DNA of 64,000 nt from Bispira polyomma (lineage: Eukaryota): assembly GCA_965649765.1 (NCBI GenBank), contig OZ287757.1, positions 15,872,001-15,936,000 of the forward strand. Reading direction: 5' to 3'. The position numbers and the translations under genes are program-made. Under the pieces are notes generated by a model. It was not told where the DNA came from. It saw nothing but the letters and a program-made list of their open reading frames with translations, and did no database searches. Below, in pieces: positions 39,441 through 51,908 of the stretch. Positions within the stretch are counted from its first letter, which is position 1. Each line of letters starts with the position of its first letter.

Positions 39441-42400
39441 CTACAACACAGAGATGGATGGGTGAGTGGAATATAATCAATACTACTCCATATGTAATAC
39501 AATCCTATTTACTGGATTTGACAAGAGAATATGGTACATTATTTAAAAATTCTGTTATAAAGTAAACCAATATTAACATAAAAATATATTAATTTATTTT
39601 TATATATTTTAATTTTATTGCATAGTCCTCACTATTGTATTAAATACTATCAGATATTTTATTTATAATGGTATATTGTTGAAAACCTCACATTTATTTA
39701 TTTAATTATCTTTAATTGATTAAATTGTGAACCAAAGTTTTAATGTAACACTATATATTCATATTATTAATATTTTTTTACTTTCTTAGAAAAAAAACCT
39801 AGTAATTTTGTTAAATAATATTCGGAAATCGGTAACTATAGAAATGTCACATTTTAGTTCAAACTTTCCTTATTTCTACTTGAGTCGGGTTTTTTTTTTA
39901 TTGGATCTAGACTTTTCTTGTGGTATTGAAAATCACTTGTGTGTGTTAAGAACATCTGCTGTTTTTGTCAACCAGTAAAGACAAGTTTTATGTGTATTAT
40001 CCTTTTATTAATGACATTCCCAGATTTTTTTTCTACTCCATTAATAAAGTTGACAGATAACCACAACGTGTCCAAACCAATGACCCATTCTTCCTTTATG
40101 ATGAGGCTTAATCGTTGTCTTAGTCAACCACTTAAATGTTTAAGTATTTTTCTTATGTAGTTTAAGTCTGAATTGTAAAAATTGTTAAGAAAAAATGGGC
40201 ATCTTTGATTTAATTAGGTACTAAATAAAAAAATTACAAATATTAATAATTTTGGCAAGTAAACATGATCTTAATAATTGTCATTTTATGTTTATCATTG
40301 CAGTAATAACTTAATATATCTGTCTTCCTTATCACAGACTTAATGTAAAGACCAGTGAAGCCCTTAGAGTGTGCACAGAGCATTAGGTGAAATGAGCCAA
40401 AACAGCAAGGTGACAGCTTCTGTTTAAAGCCTTGTGTTAATTGTAGTGTGTTGTCAGAGAATCCCTCACACAGAAAAAAGCAAGCAGAAGCTAAGTTTGC
40501 TCCCCGACAGTGGGGACACAAGGCAGATATCCTAATCATGAGCAGGACGGGGTCATTTGGACTGTGTGTGAGGGGGGAAGACTGTTTGTGAGAGAAAGCT
40601 ATGGGTTTTGGAATATTTTTAATAAAGCATATGATCTCAGTGTTATATTTATAATGTTAGGAATATTGACTTTCTATGTGGAGTATTTTACAAAAATGTA
40701 TTAGTTAAAGTCACTAGTGACCAGCTCTTACTTATCCTTAACCTTATAAAAAAACTCTCCAATTAGTGTAGCATACAAAAAAAGTTTACTAGTGACAGTG
40801 ACCATTTTAGCTAATAAAACTTACTGGCAGCAAAGAATTACTTACAACTAACCTTTATAACACCCATCAGACCAGTAAGTCAGATATGACCAGTTTAAAT
40901 TACTAATGACAGCCTATTACTTACTCCTAACCTTATAAAAGCCACAAATAGTTCATCAGATAAAGCCAGTTTAACTTACCAGTGATATATTTTACTTACT
41001 CTAAACCACATAAAGCCCACAACCAGCCCAAGCAGACCAGGACCCCATAGCCACCGACTGCCCCTCGTGGTGTCTCCCCTACCCCTGCCTCGCCCCACAC
41101 ACGGGGGGCAGATGTGGTTGTATTGAGCCCGACCCTGTGGGGGCACACCCTTCTCTTAGCCCCACACCACGACCCCGAGTATCCCTTGTTTTATTTCAGC
41201 CACCCCTACCCCCCACCCGTCCCGAGTTTAATGCACTGATTTCCTCTCCACCCAACCCCCTGTATTAAAGGCATATGCCTGGGCCCTGGTTTTACATTTC
41301 ATTTTGTAGCAAATTTGCATTTCATTGTGTTACAAATTGTCAAACAACTGTTGAATTGAGCTGAGTGTTGTTTTTTTTTTTTCTTGGTGTAGTTTTAGCC
41401 TTAATGGAGAACTGTCAGAATTTATACTCAGAGTTATAAAGAGATTGTGCTGTACAAGTGTAGGGAAAGTAGACCTACTCACACACTCAGTGGGGGATGG
41501 GGAGACTTGACACCAGAAAGAGTCAGCAAAAATATCATATTATCGCCCACCTAAAAAAGGGGGGCTCAGCGAATACTCTCAGATAATACAAGGCACAATA
41601 ATAGGTATATCTAGTAGTGCAAGATTATAAAATGTTTAATAAAATAGTCTCAATATTACAATAACTAACCTAGACATAAACAGAAAAGTGATGTTATCCC
41701 CCACCTAAACCATAGGTTAGCTCCTACAATGGAATTATCTCAAATATTACAATGTCTAAATCCAGTATTGTCACTTTGTCATATGTATTTACGGTTAAAC
41801 TGTTTTCATACATTTATTCAAAATAATACCTTAAAAATATTTTGTGACTATCTAGTAATTCACCAAAGAATAGCTCATTAGCAAAGCATCATTTTAAATT
41901 TAACGTGTTTTATTCCAGTATATAACTGTAAAATCATATTATAGATCTTCAGTAACTTGGTTGGATAAATGTCTTACAACAATGAGGTAAATTTTATTTT
42001 CAATACTATTTTTCCACACAACAAGTAAACAATTACAGATACATGTAGATTAATTTTATAATATCACTCTGTAAAGACCTTTCTGTGTAATATTTTATTT
42101 ATAAAAAGCAGAGTATTTTCAGTACACTGTTTGCTCTGAAATCTGTAAATCAGAAGTCTGTGATTACTATCCAGCTAACAGCATTTGTTTACAGTAGTGT
42201 GGTAATATTATGTACCAGACAAGGAGATCCAGTCAGTACATGATTAGTCTGCAGTCCCTCCAGTGGGCCTGCTGTGAATGGCTGATTTTTGGTACTATAT
42301 TGAGACTACAATGAATAATTTAGGAAGTCAGGCTGGCATATGTGTGATGTTGATGTACCAAGATATACCGTGGAACAGGACATTTCAGCTCATTCACTAA

Positions 42401-42944
42401 ATTCACTAATTTACTATTTTTCAATGAATTTACTAAAAATAATTTTCACATTGAGCAGTTGTTTTAGTTAATAAAATTTATACAAAATTCAATTTTTCCT
42501 TTCTCTGGGAATTTAATTTTCACTATGCAAATTTATCCCTCGTGAACTTTTTGATAGACCTTTCCATATATTTGTTGATTCTTATTAAAACTAGCAATCC
42601 CTTTAATAGTCCTACATTTAATATAAAAACCATTCTATACTTCATCCCTTATACATAGGTTTTCTTGTAGTCTCTCAAACACCAGCCCAGTACCGTGTAG
42701 GGTTAATAAATGTCAGCAAGCCCTTGTTATTGATGGTGCTGGAGACTCACCCTTTGACCTTGGCCTTTTCTCATTCCACCATACACAACCACACACCATT
42801 GAAGGGCTTTCTTCCCTATTTACACCTTGTAAAGTCTATTTATCTGATGTGATTCACGAAGTCTCCATATACAAAAAGACAATTATAACAAAAAAAAATT
42901 CTCTTAGAACAGTTTTAACTCACTCTAATTAAAATACAGACGAT

Positions 42945-43123
42945 NNNNNNNNNNNNNNNNNNNNNNNNNNNNNNNNNNNNNNNNNNNNNNNNNNNNNNNN
43001 NNNNNNNNNNNNNNNNNNNNNNNNNNNNNNNNNNNNNNNNNNNNNNNNNNNNNNNNNNNNNNNNNNNNNNNNNNNNNNNNNNNNNNNNNNNNNNNNNNNN
43101 NNNNNNNNNNNNNNNNNNNNNNN
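42945..43123. other. Assembly gap (179 N) inside the Zic intron
   Basis: Run of N. Confidence 0.99.
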
Positions 43124-46100
43124 TAAAATGCAAAAATTTCTTACTCTAACCTCTGTGTGTTTTTTTGGTGATTATTTAGATGGACATTCAAAAATGTAAC
43201 TCTAATTGATCATTTTTAAACTTGACACATTTCTCCAATTATGATAAACCAGGTTACAATAGTTAAATACACAGTCTACATCCAAAGTAATACTAGGTTC
43301 CATCCTCAATATTTGTAATTTTATCATTAACGACATATCCATAAATTTAATGAAGTATGTTTGTTTCCATTCCTTCAATGGTAAAAGGTAAGTTTCTTCC
43401 TTTAAAACTATTTCCAGCAAATTTGTGAAAGTGTGGTTTGAATGTGACAGTATATTTACAGGATACATGACGAGATTAATAATGTGTTGCTTTATTATTA
43501 ATTATTTAAGACCTTTAGTTCATTATCTGAGAAGGTCATGTACATTTATGTATCCGTTCTAGCTTTAAACCGATTAGACTTGCTGAAAACTCGTAGTTTG
43601 CAGAGCCCAAAAATACTTGGTCAACTTCCCTGTTCTAAATTTCCTGTTGTGATGTGTGGAAAGTGACGTTAAACTTAAAACTGACGTTTGATACCAGTAT
43701 GTATCAGACCTACAATCTCTGGACACACACACACATTTTCTAGAACCCTTGTCAATCATTTTTTCTCACCCTGTACACGAATAATGTGAAAACCCGGAAG
43801 AATCCTTATATTATCGCCCCCATTGTCCCGTCATCATCCTCTGGTTTTCTATCCATCCCCTAGAGCCATTGAGTAGTAGTCATGTAGTTGTGGTTCTCTA
43901 TATAATCTCCTCATTACCCACACATTAGCCCAATGTTTGTAAACATTAAGACAAGGGGGCAGAGAGACTAGCTCAAGTGTGTATAAATGAAATGAATGGT
44001 GGGGGAGGGGAGAGTTAGCTTTAGTGGTCCCCCCGCCACAAGGGAACAATTAACAAATCCGGGGAGCTTATCCAATTGAGACAAATTGGTTTAGACAGTT
44101 CTGTTTGGTTTACGCCTTGCTAACAATAACACAGCAAAATGATGATAAGGAGATTTGGGAGAGAATATGCTACCCAGAATGCACCACAAGAAGAAACAGT
44201 AGCTCAGGTGTACATTATATATTGATGTTTTAAAAGTACACTGACGTTTAAACCAAGTTCCTACTCACTACTAATACACACACTCACAGATTTGTTATTA
44301 TGATATTCTGTGTATAAACTGTTGTGTCTCACTGTATAAACAACTGGCTGGGTTTAATCATGCACTGTTGTTTTTGTTGAATGAGGAAATAGTAGTTGGA
44401 CTACGATGTTGGTAGTAACAACTAGTTGACTGCCATAACATTGCATTGTATACACACACATAGAACTTCTTGAAAGTGAATACAGGAGAAAAGCCCTCAT
44501 GGAGAAAAAAACTCTTTAGAGAAAAAGTCCTGGATTTGCATATATGAACAAAAGCCTATAGCTTTCTCTAGTAGCTGAAAATAATCCCTCAGTCAGTTAT
44601 AACGAAAAGAAAATCAGCCCTCAATTATTTTTCATTTTAATTTCATATAATCCTATTTTCTTTTCATATACTGTTGTTGCGGACTATCATATCAATAATC
44701 TATGAAAGGAATAACATGCCTTTAATAGTATTCAAGATGGTCTACTCCAGTAAAAGTGATCTAAGAAAATCTCAAGTAACAAACACAAAATTTAACAAGT
44801 GATTTCATGGCTTTTCACCAAAACTAATTTAGGGGTTTCTCCAAAGGCTGTCAAAAGTTGGGCATGGATTACAATTTTTCAAAGGGCTATTCTCCTAAGG
44901 GCCTTTTCCATGAGAGCTTTTGTCCATCTACCCAGAAGAGTACCTGCCGTCCCTTTGTTATGTTTTTGTAGGTTTACCATGCAGGATATCCAAGTCTTTG
45001 CACAGTGACACGTTAAGATAAATACTAGTGTTTAACAAGTTACAGATTTGTAGAGTTTATATAGTAGATGTCATTGAGGTCTGGTTAAATCCCCTCGGGG
45101 GTAGAATCCTGATCCACTGGGGGTATATAAGTTTTAACTGTTACAACATACAATTGTAAGCACGTCAGCTCCCAAACCAGGTAAACTCAGTAGTTAATAC
45201 AAGTAGTCAAGTGTTACATAGATAGACTGTGAAAATTTACTAATTTTAAGATATTCACTGTCATTAATTTTCACTGTTGGCCATTTTTTAGTTTAATTGT
45301 CAATATTAGTTTAAATATTTCACTGAAAATTTCGTTTGTTTCAGTATAACAAAAAAAAAACTTTATTAAAAATATTGTTTATGAATTTTGAATTAATGAG
45401 ATTCAATTGTACTTGTATAATATTATAAACACATTTTTTAAATGTAACAAAAGTGATAAAATTCTGTGTAATGCTACATTTTTTATATCTTACTCGCCTT
45501 TCCTTTAACTGTGATAAGCTTAATTAAAATTACTGTCAAATAATTCCTGTACCTAATAACAAATAGTCTTCATAGTGTGTCTTTTGTGTCATATTTAACT
45601 GATATGGAGTCCCCTCCCTTCTTTCCATTTAGAGCATAATTACAAGCATATTAAAGTTCAATTAAAAGAGACACCAGGTCCATTTAGACAGTGAGTGAAT
45701 ACAGGTGATTAGATTGCTGGTCACTAATGGTCTCTATATGTACAGGTCATCTCCTAGACCCACCCCTGAGAGGCTTGACAACTACTTCCTGTGGAAGCCA
45801 CCCAACCCCTTACCTCCCAAACCCCCACCCCAACACCTCAGATACATTAACTTCCTCAAACCAACGGCTTCTCTTAAACCACTCAACCGCTCAGATTTTA
45901 TCATAGTTCTCCTAAACTGTAAATCTATTTTAACAAGTTTGCAAATTGTAGGGCCGTCCAAATAGTTATTGGCCTCTATTAGTAAGGGTGTCAAACTTCA
46001 CATCCAGACAGTAAATAGGGCATACTTTCTTCCCCTCCCCCTCACTCAAATTAACCCTCCTATTTAATATCAAGCAAAATAAACTACAGAGCCCTTCCAC

Positions 46101-47175
46101 CAAATATATAACTACTGCCCACATCTTACGAGTATAGAAAATCATCTGGTAGGTTGGTAAGGTCTGTCTTATGAAGAGATAAAAGAACTTTAGGCTGATT
46201 GTCAGTGACATAACCTAATTACATACTCAGTTAAACCTGTAATATGAAGTAGTTTTGTTTACTAAACAGTCCATTTACTTTTTTGTTCTTCCAGGATTTT
46301 ATGGGCCAGTAGGTTCTAGTGTGTGTGTATGTGTGTGTAATTCTAGGGATTATTATGTGTGATATGAGAGATTATGTAGTGGTAAAGAGAATATCTCTAT
46401 ATAATAAAGACTGGACCTTCCACCCCCCCTCTCTCTAATGATGTACCAGGGGAGGACCATTAAATATCTGAGGAGGAAAGGGGTAATTTGTGTTTTGAAC
46501 ACATGTACCAACCTCTACACAATAACAATTTTCTGGTCTTTTACCCCAATCAATAGAGGCAGGGATTAAGACCGCCTGTTGACCGACATGTTTGGGGAGG
46601 TTTAGTCAATGATAAAGTGCAATGGAGAATTGTGGAGTCTTTCTAAATCCACCGATAATCTCATTTTAATTGTGAGGTTTGAAAAATATCAAAAGACAAA
46701 CAAACAATTGATGTTTGGTGTCTGTATAGGTCACGAGATTTTTTGATTTTTTTGCTGTTTGTGATAAGGGTCTTGTTATGTTTCAAAATCTGTTTGAATT
46801 AAAGCAATAGGTTTACATGCAGTGACAAATAGTATTGAAGATTTTTAATGAAAGCAAAACCCTTCTGTTGGCAGAAGTCATGATGATTTGCAAAAGGTAT
46901 GTTTAGCTAGATTTGAATCATTGGAGCCTCAATATATTTAAATTATCTCATCTATTCCGAGAAATTTGACAGAAAGATGGGTAATTAAAATGTTATACTA
47001 GAAAGGTGTCTGGTTCTACAGGTGTACAGGGAACTGTCCACCAGATAAACTGCACACCGCCCATATTATGCCAAGGTAAACTGCCCATTATCAGGTAAAC
47101 TGCTGACCACACAAATTTACTGTGGAGGAAAACTGCCCATCAATAGCAACTACAGAATTTTCATAGTTTGAACCA

Positions 47176-47380
47176 ACCTCTGCGTCCTCTTGTGTACATT
47201 TTTATTTATTTATTTACTATTTACACATGTTATTTATTTGCACCCACCTGTGTGTGTTCTCTTATGCACCATCAGTGAATGTTGTACTATTGGCTCTATA
47301 GAGTATGACATATATTGTATATGTAACCTGTATGTGTTGTCTTATGTATCTTGGGTGAATGATATTTTCCGGCTCTATAG
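47176..47380 (-). repeat. Three degenerate tandem copies of the ZF3 3' end plus splice donor (possible micro-exons)
   Basis: Copies end at 47328, 47248 and 47178, each followed by GT. They read KIHKTTHTG, LMVHKRTHTG and VHKRTQ. The first two are preceded by ATACTCTATAG. Confidence 0.8.
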
Positions 47381-47419
47381 AGTATATAACATGTTAAAAT
47401 AGATCCACATGTAACTGAC

Positions 47420-48245
47420 CTGTATGTGTTCTCTTGTGTATCTTGAGGTTTTCACTCCTGGCAAACACCTTCCCACATCCAGGGAAGGGACAAGGGAAAG
47501 GCTTCTCTCCGGTGTGGACACGGATGTGGTTCACCAGCTTGTACTTGGCTTTGAAGGGCTTCAGTTCCCTCTCACAGTCCTTCCAGTAACAGGTATGGTC
47601 AGTCTGCTCTGGACCCCCTACATGTTCTACAGTCAGATGGGTGACCACTTCATGCATGGAGTAGAAGGTCTTGTTACAGGGCTTCTTTGGTTCTGGTTGA
47701 TGTTGGTCAATCCAGAGACAGGTATGTTCTTGCTTGACGGGGTGCCGCATATACCTGAAGAAGGAGCTTGGTCCATGGGGGCCTGCAGTCAGAGCCATGT
47801 GATTGAGGGCTCCAGACGAGCTCAGAGGATGGCTGTTGAAGTTGTGCATGGCGTGGGTGAAGTCTGAGGCATGGTTAGCCATGGGGGTCAGATGGTCGGT
47901 CCGTGGGTAAAAACTGCTGTCTGTCCCTGGAAACCGGAGCTGACTGTTCATGTGGGACATGGCGGCAGAATGTTGTGTTGGATCTGTGAGTCCCGCAAAA
48001 GAGGCCTGTCCATAGGCTGAACTATGGAGGCTACTTGATCCAGACACATAGTCTGTACTACGGAGTAGCCCCAGATCCCTGCTACTGTAGCTGCCAACCC
48101 CGGGCATACTGTAACCGTTGGTCTGCATCCCAAAGTGACTACTCTGTCCAGTGGTGCCTAACTCCCCCATAGGATGGTTAGGACTGAGCTTGAGGTGGCT
48201 GGCTGTTAGACTACTACCTGTGTCCATAAAGGGACTAATCATCAT
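47420..48245 (-). CDS. Zic: Zic family zinc-finger transcription factor, coding exon 1 (N-terminus, degenerate ZOC, ZF-NC, ZF1-ZF3)
   Basis: The translation contains [12 protein letters not shown] (ZF-NC), CLWID..C..H...EH and [20 protein letters not shown] (Trp-containing ZF1/ZF2), and [25 protein letters not shown], all diagnostic of Zic/opa. First ATG is 48245-48243 (MMISPF); the ORF-track start at 48281 is a TTG. The exon ends at a phase-1 donor G|GTCAGT (47420/47419). 826 nt = 275 codons + 1. Confidence 0.96.
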
Positions 48246-48875
48246 TACTAACACACAACCACACAGTCTGATACCACACAAATCTCTGGATGATTCTATA
48301 GACTCTCTCTATACAAAATTACCTCATGTCAGAACACCTCCAGTATTTTAGTGTATCTTATATATTAAAAATATATACACCAATGATGAACTACAACATT
48401 TACAATCCCTGCAATTTTAACAAAAGTTTATTACAAAACAGTTTTACTGTAATTGTCTCTTTTGTTACTTTGACACCTTTATTTTTAGATTTATATATTT
48501 ATTTTTCTTTTCTCATGTCTTACTATTTCCTTCTGCGAAACTGCTTCACAATCTTGCAATATCAACACTGCTATCAGTGTATCCCTCCAGGGAATAATTA
48601 TAGGTCTTTTTGATAAAGTTTTTCCCCAAAAAAAGAAAATCAAAAATTGCATACACATATACACCAGTGTTGTTTGTATACAGATATAATCTCTATATCT
48701 ATAAAGTTTGATCAAAACCCGGAGTGTTTATCCTGACTATACTGTCGTGCTAAGTTCCTGCCAGGCTTGCCGTGGTTCTATCTGATAGGAGTAGAAAAGC
48801 CCACTCAGTATGATCCAAGTAGGGTCTGAAAACCTCCCCCTCTGATCAACTCCACAAGACAGACAGTGAGAAAGC

Positions 48876-48912
48876 AACTGATCCAATCCCCCCAGTGGAG
48901 CTGTACTTTATA
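48876..48912 (-). promoter_or_regulatory. Putative Zic core promoter: TATA box plus initiator
   Basis: Minus strand TATAAAG at 48912-48906 and Inr TCAGTT at 48881-48876 (A+1 = 48879, 33 nt from the first T of TATA). Implies a leader of about 630 nt. Confidence 0.6.
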
Positions 48913-49074
48913 AAACTCGGTGGAGAGGACAGTGGAGGAGAACATAGACAAGGGACAGCCTTTTCTCACAAACCTATACTAGCACAGACTTAGGGTCCCT
49001 CTCCTCTCCATCATTAAACACACAGAGAGGTGGGAGGGGCGACTTGTTGCTTTCCAAAGCAAAGCATTTGCAAC

Positions 49075-49290
49075 AGGACCCAGCTGGATATCGCGAGATT
49101 GGGCCAATTACGTGACTTAGGCGAGACGTGTCAATAACCCGCGCTACGGGATAGAGCAGCGTCTTTGCCGCAATCTGATTGGCTGACTACAAGTCGCTGA
49201 TGTCAAAAAGCAGTGGTGACTGGCGACGGTTGGTGTGTCTTTTGGTTTGCTGTTTTTACATATCACACTGTCTTTTCCCTCGGGATCTAT
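49075..49290 (-). promoter_or_regulatory. CpG-rich proximal promoter with CCAAT boxes
   Basis: Local CpG excess; back-to-back GATTGG/CCAAT around 49097-49108; CTGATTGGCT (NF-Y consensus) near 49175; TCGCGAGA; TTACGTGA; COE-type TCCCTCGGGA at 49276-49285. Confidence 0.55.
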
Positions 49291-50061
49291 AACAACACTT
49301 TAGGGGTGATAGATCCATATGTAATGCAGTGGCTTCAAGTATCAAGTTACCTCTCCCTCCATTTAACTATACTTACTAATATTTAACCTACTTCATTGAT
49401 TATACTTACAAGTTTAACCCTCTAATGTTTCAACAACTTGCCACATGGAAAGTCTCGGCAATCAGAGTCAGTCTCAAGAACTAGTTAACATGGACTGCAT
49501 TCAGATTATCATGATCAGGAGAAATTTTTAGAAGATATTTTTTAAACCTCCTAGTCCTTCTCATGCACACAAGTATAGGAGAGAGATTTACTATTAATTA
49601 TAGGCTTACCCTGTCCTGCTGTGTGACGTCATAATATCAGTGTTATCTGGACTGGTATTATTATGTGTTGTACAAAAACGCAAGCAGACGTTATTTGTAT
49701 TTTAATAAAACTGGGAAACAGAGAGAAAAAAACAGAACTAAATCTTCATTCTAGCACAGTGGTGACTTTTTTGATTATATAAAAGTATTTTATGCATAAC
49801 AATTTGTCAGAATCCTTGTTCTTTACCACTGCTCAAGAATATCTCCAGAACTTCGAAAAGAAACTTTTCCACATATACAAATTGCATAGTTATTGTTATT
49901 AACAAATAGCTGGAAAAAAACAACACTTAGATTGTGTAATATTCTGTAAGATTACGTAAGCAATTTTATATCATGTAAAAGTCTAACCTACTTACATAGA
50001 TATTTTGTATCAGAATCTGCAGATAGTACTTTTATTACATTCAATAATTTCATACATTTGA

Positions 50062-50205
50062 AGGGACCTCAGTTATCTGGGAAGATTGGTGGTTTGCAGA
50101 GCAGAAAACCTAGATCAACTACCCCGTTCTGTTTTCCTCAACAAGTGAACTGCCCGTAGTGATATGACATAAGCCTATAGTACGAGACATATTAAATCCA
50201 AACTT
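50062..50205 (+). mobile_element. Older family-A-related SINE fragment
   Basis: GGTGGTTTGCAGAGCAGAAAACCTAGATCAACTA..TTTCCTC..GATATGAC. Confidence 0.55.
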
Positions 50206-50250
50206 AACTAATGTTGACAAATCCAATAGTGGTCAGTTAATCAAAACATT

Positions 50251-50562
50251 CTTAGTGTATGTACACACTAAGCCGCCTCCGATTTCAGACGTACGATTTG
50301 CTAATGAGATTTCTCCCCCCCCTCTCTCCACACACAACTCTCCTTATATAAAAATGATTGGGTTATTTGCGATTTTACATTCTCATCCGATATTTTCGGT
50401 CCTGGAGCAAAAAGTTCGCATTCGGGAGCCGCAAATCGTGAGTCACAATTCGCAGTCTGACATATGTGAACAAATTAACAAAATATATGAGAAGAGAAAA
50501 AATTGCAGCCGCAAATCGGACGTCTGATGTCGGAAGCCGCTTACATGTGTACAAAAACTAAG
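50251..50562. mobile_element. MITE, second copy in opposite orientation
   Basis: TIRs CTTAGTGTATGTACAC..TCAGACGTACGATTTGC and GCAAATCGGACGTCTGA..GTGTACAAAAACTAAG; interior is homologous to 20356-20677 in reverse complement. Confidence 0.8.
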
Positions 50563-50771
50563 TACAAGGTAGAGCGCAAACTGGGGTGAAAAACATCGAA
50601 ATGGTTTGTGTTTTACCTACTGATCTAGAACTCTCAAAAGCGGCTGTCTGATAGCATATTAAAAAAATTAGAGGAATAACTAATTTGAGCAAAAACATTA
50701 ATTGACTGGTAATGTTTTAGGATATCAGATAAACATTCATTAAAATACACAGTAAATAGTCACTTAGCCTT

Positions 50772-50930
50772 TTCTTTATCTGGATGTCCACCAAAATTTA
50801 ATAGTTATTTCGTTGGCCCATGCTCGCCACAAAGTTTTTATTAAAATTCGGCTCAGGAGTGTTGGTGTGATCTTGTTAACAAACCAACAGACAGGGCCTA
50901 AAACATAACAACTTTGGCGGATGTATCCAA
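50772..50930 (-). mobile_element. Helentron/HINE-like non-autonomous element remnant
   Basis: Minus strand ACATCCGCCAAAGTTGTTATGTTTT..TCTGTTGGTTTGTTAACAAGATCAC..TTAAATTTTGGTGGACATCCAGAT; similar remnants near 13600-13760 and 18505-18680. Confidence 0.4.
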
Positions 50931-51784
50931 TATTTGCTGTGTGCAGACAGTAGATACATGAATTCTTTCTAAAAAATACCAGTGCATTTATCATTGTATC
51001 CATAAAACAATGAAAATAAATAGTAGTTAGCACCCAGCCGAAAATGTAATTAATAGTTACTTTAAAATAAACATAAACGACATTGTGCATTACATAATCT
51101 TGCATAGGAAAACTATAGTTGAGAAATTACAAAAGGACAATACTACATAAATAATAATTAGCAATTTTCTTTACTCCCAGTATTTGGAGCCTTCCAGGAA
51201 ACTGTATAGACTCCATGACGTGTAGAAGCCAGCATAAATGTAGGTCCACATCAATATTAGAGTATATTAACTCATTTTCTAAACAGATAGTTGGTCTGAT
51301 GTATTTACACAGGTTACCTTCAAAATCTAGTTTGAAGGATTGTTGTAACAGGTTTGTGTGTAAGATTCTGTTGATAGTTTTTAACTTTTAATAACTTAAC
51401 ATTAAATGGATGACCAAACACCGAAGCGTCAAATAAACAGATCACATATTAGTTAATTTAACTGTATCTATCCTATTAAAGTGTTACATAATGTAACTGC
51501 TCTAAAATATGTCTTTACTCAACGTCATTAAAATAGTTACTGGGTGTTGGTTTTCTTTTGCATGACCACCTGTTCATGCCAAATATTGTTTGTTTTGGTT
51601 TTACATGACTGTGCTATCTGCTTTAGATACCTTCTTGTATCTGGTAATTACCCTGTAAATATGTGGTATTGTCGGGAACCGATAAAGATTAGTTTAAATT
51701 TGAATATAACCAATGAATTCATTATCTGTACTGACAATGTTTTATTTCTACTTATTGGCGATAAAAAGTATTAACTGGGTTTGA

Positions 51785-51908
51785 TTGGGTTGACCAGGGA
51801 CAGGCAGATATGCAGAGTTGCTCGGACGACCACTTAAAATGGCGGTCCTCTGTCAGTGGGCCCTATCCCCAGTGGCAGGTTAAAGAAACTTATGGGACGT
51901 TGATAAAT
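51785..51908 (+). mobile_element. SINE family C-related fragment
   Basis: GCTCGGACGACCACTTAAAATGGCGGTCCTCTGTC..CAGTGGCAGGTTAAAGAA. Confidence 0.55.

Larger units (their letters stand above)
39441..47419 (-). other. Zic: Zic intron between ZF3 and ZF4 (phase 1, conserved bilaterian position), about 8 kb
   Basis: GT..AG boundaries join HTG|EKPF in frame. Confidence 0.93.

Noticed and set aside
47424-47867. 147-aa plus-strand ORF
   Set aside because: Antisense shadow of Zic exon 1; non-ATG start and no recognisable domain.
48246-48281. N-terminal extension [12 protein letters not shown] in the ORF track
   Set aside because: It starts at TTG; the first in-frame ATG is 48245.
48248-48322. Possible 75-nt leader intron (AG|GTAATT..TGTTAG) after an upstream ATG
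   Set aside because: Splicing would not put that ATG in frame, and there is no transcript evidence.
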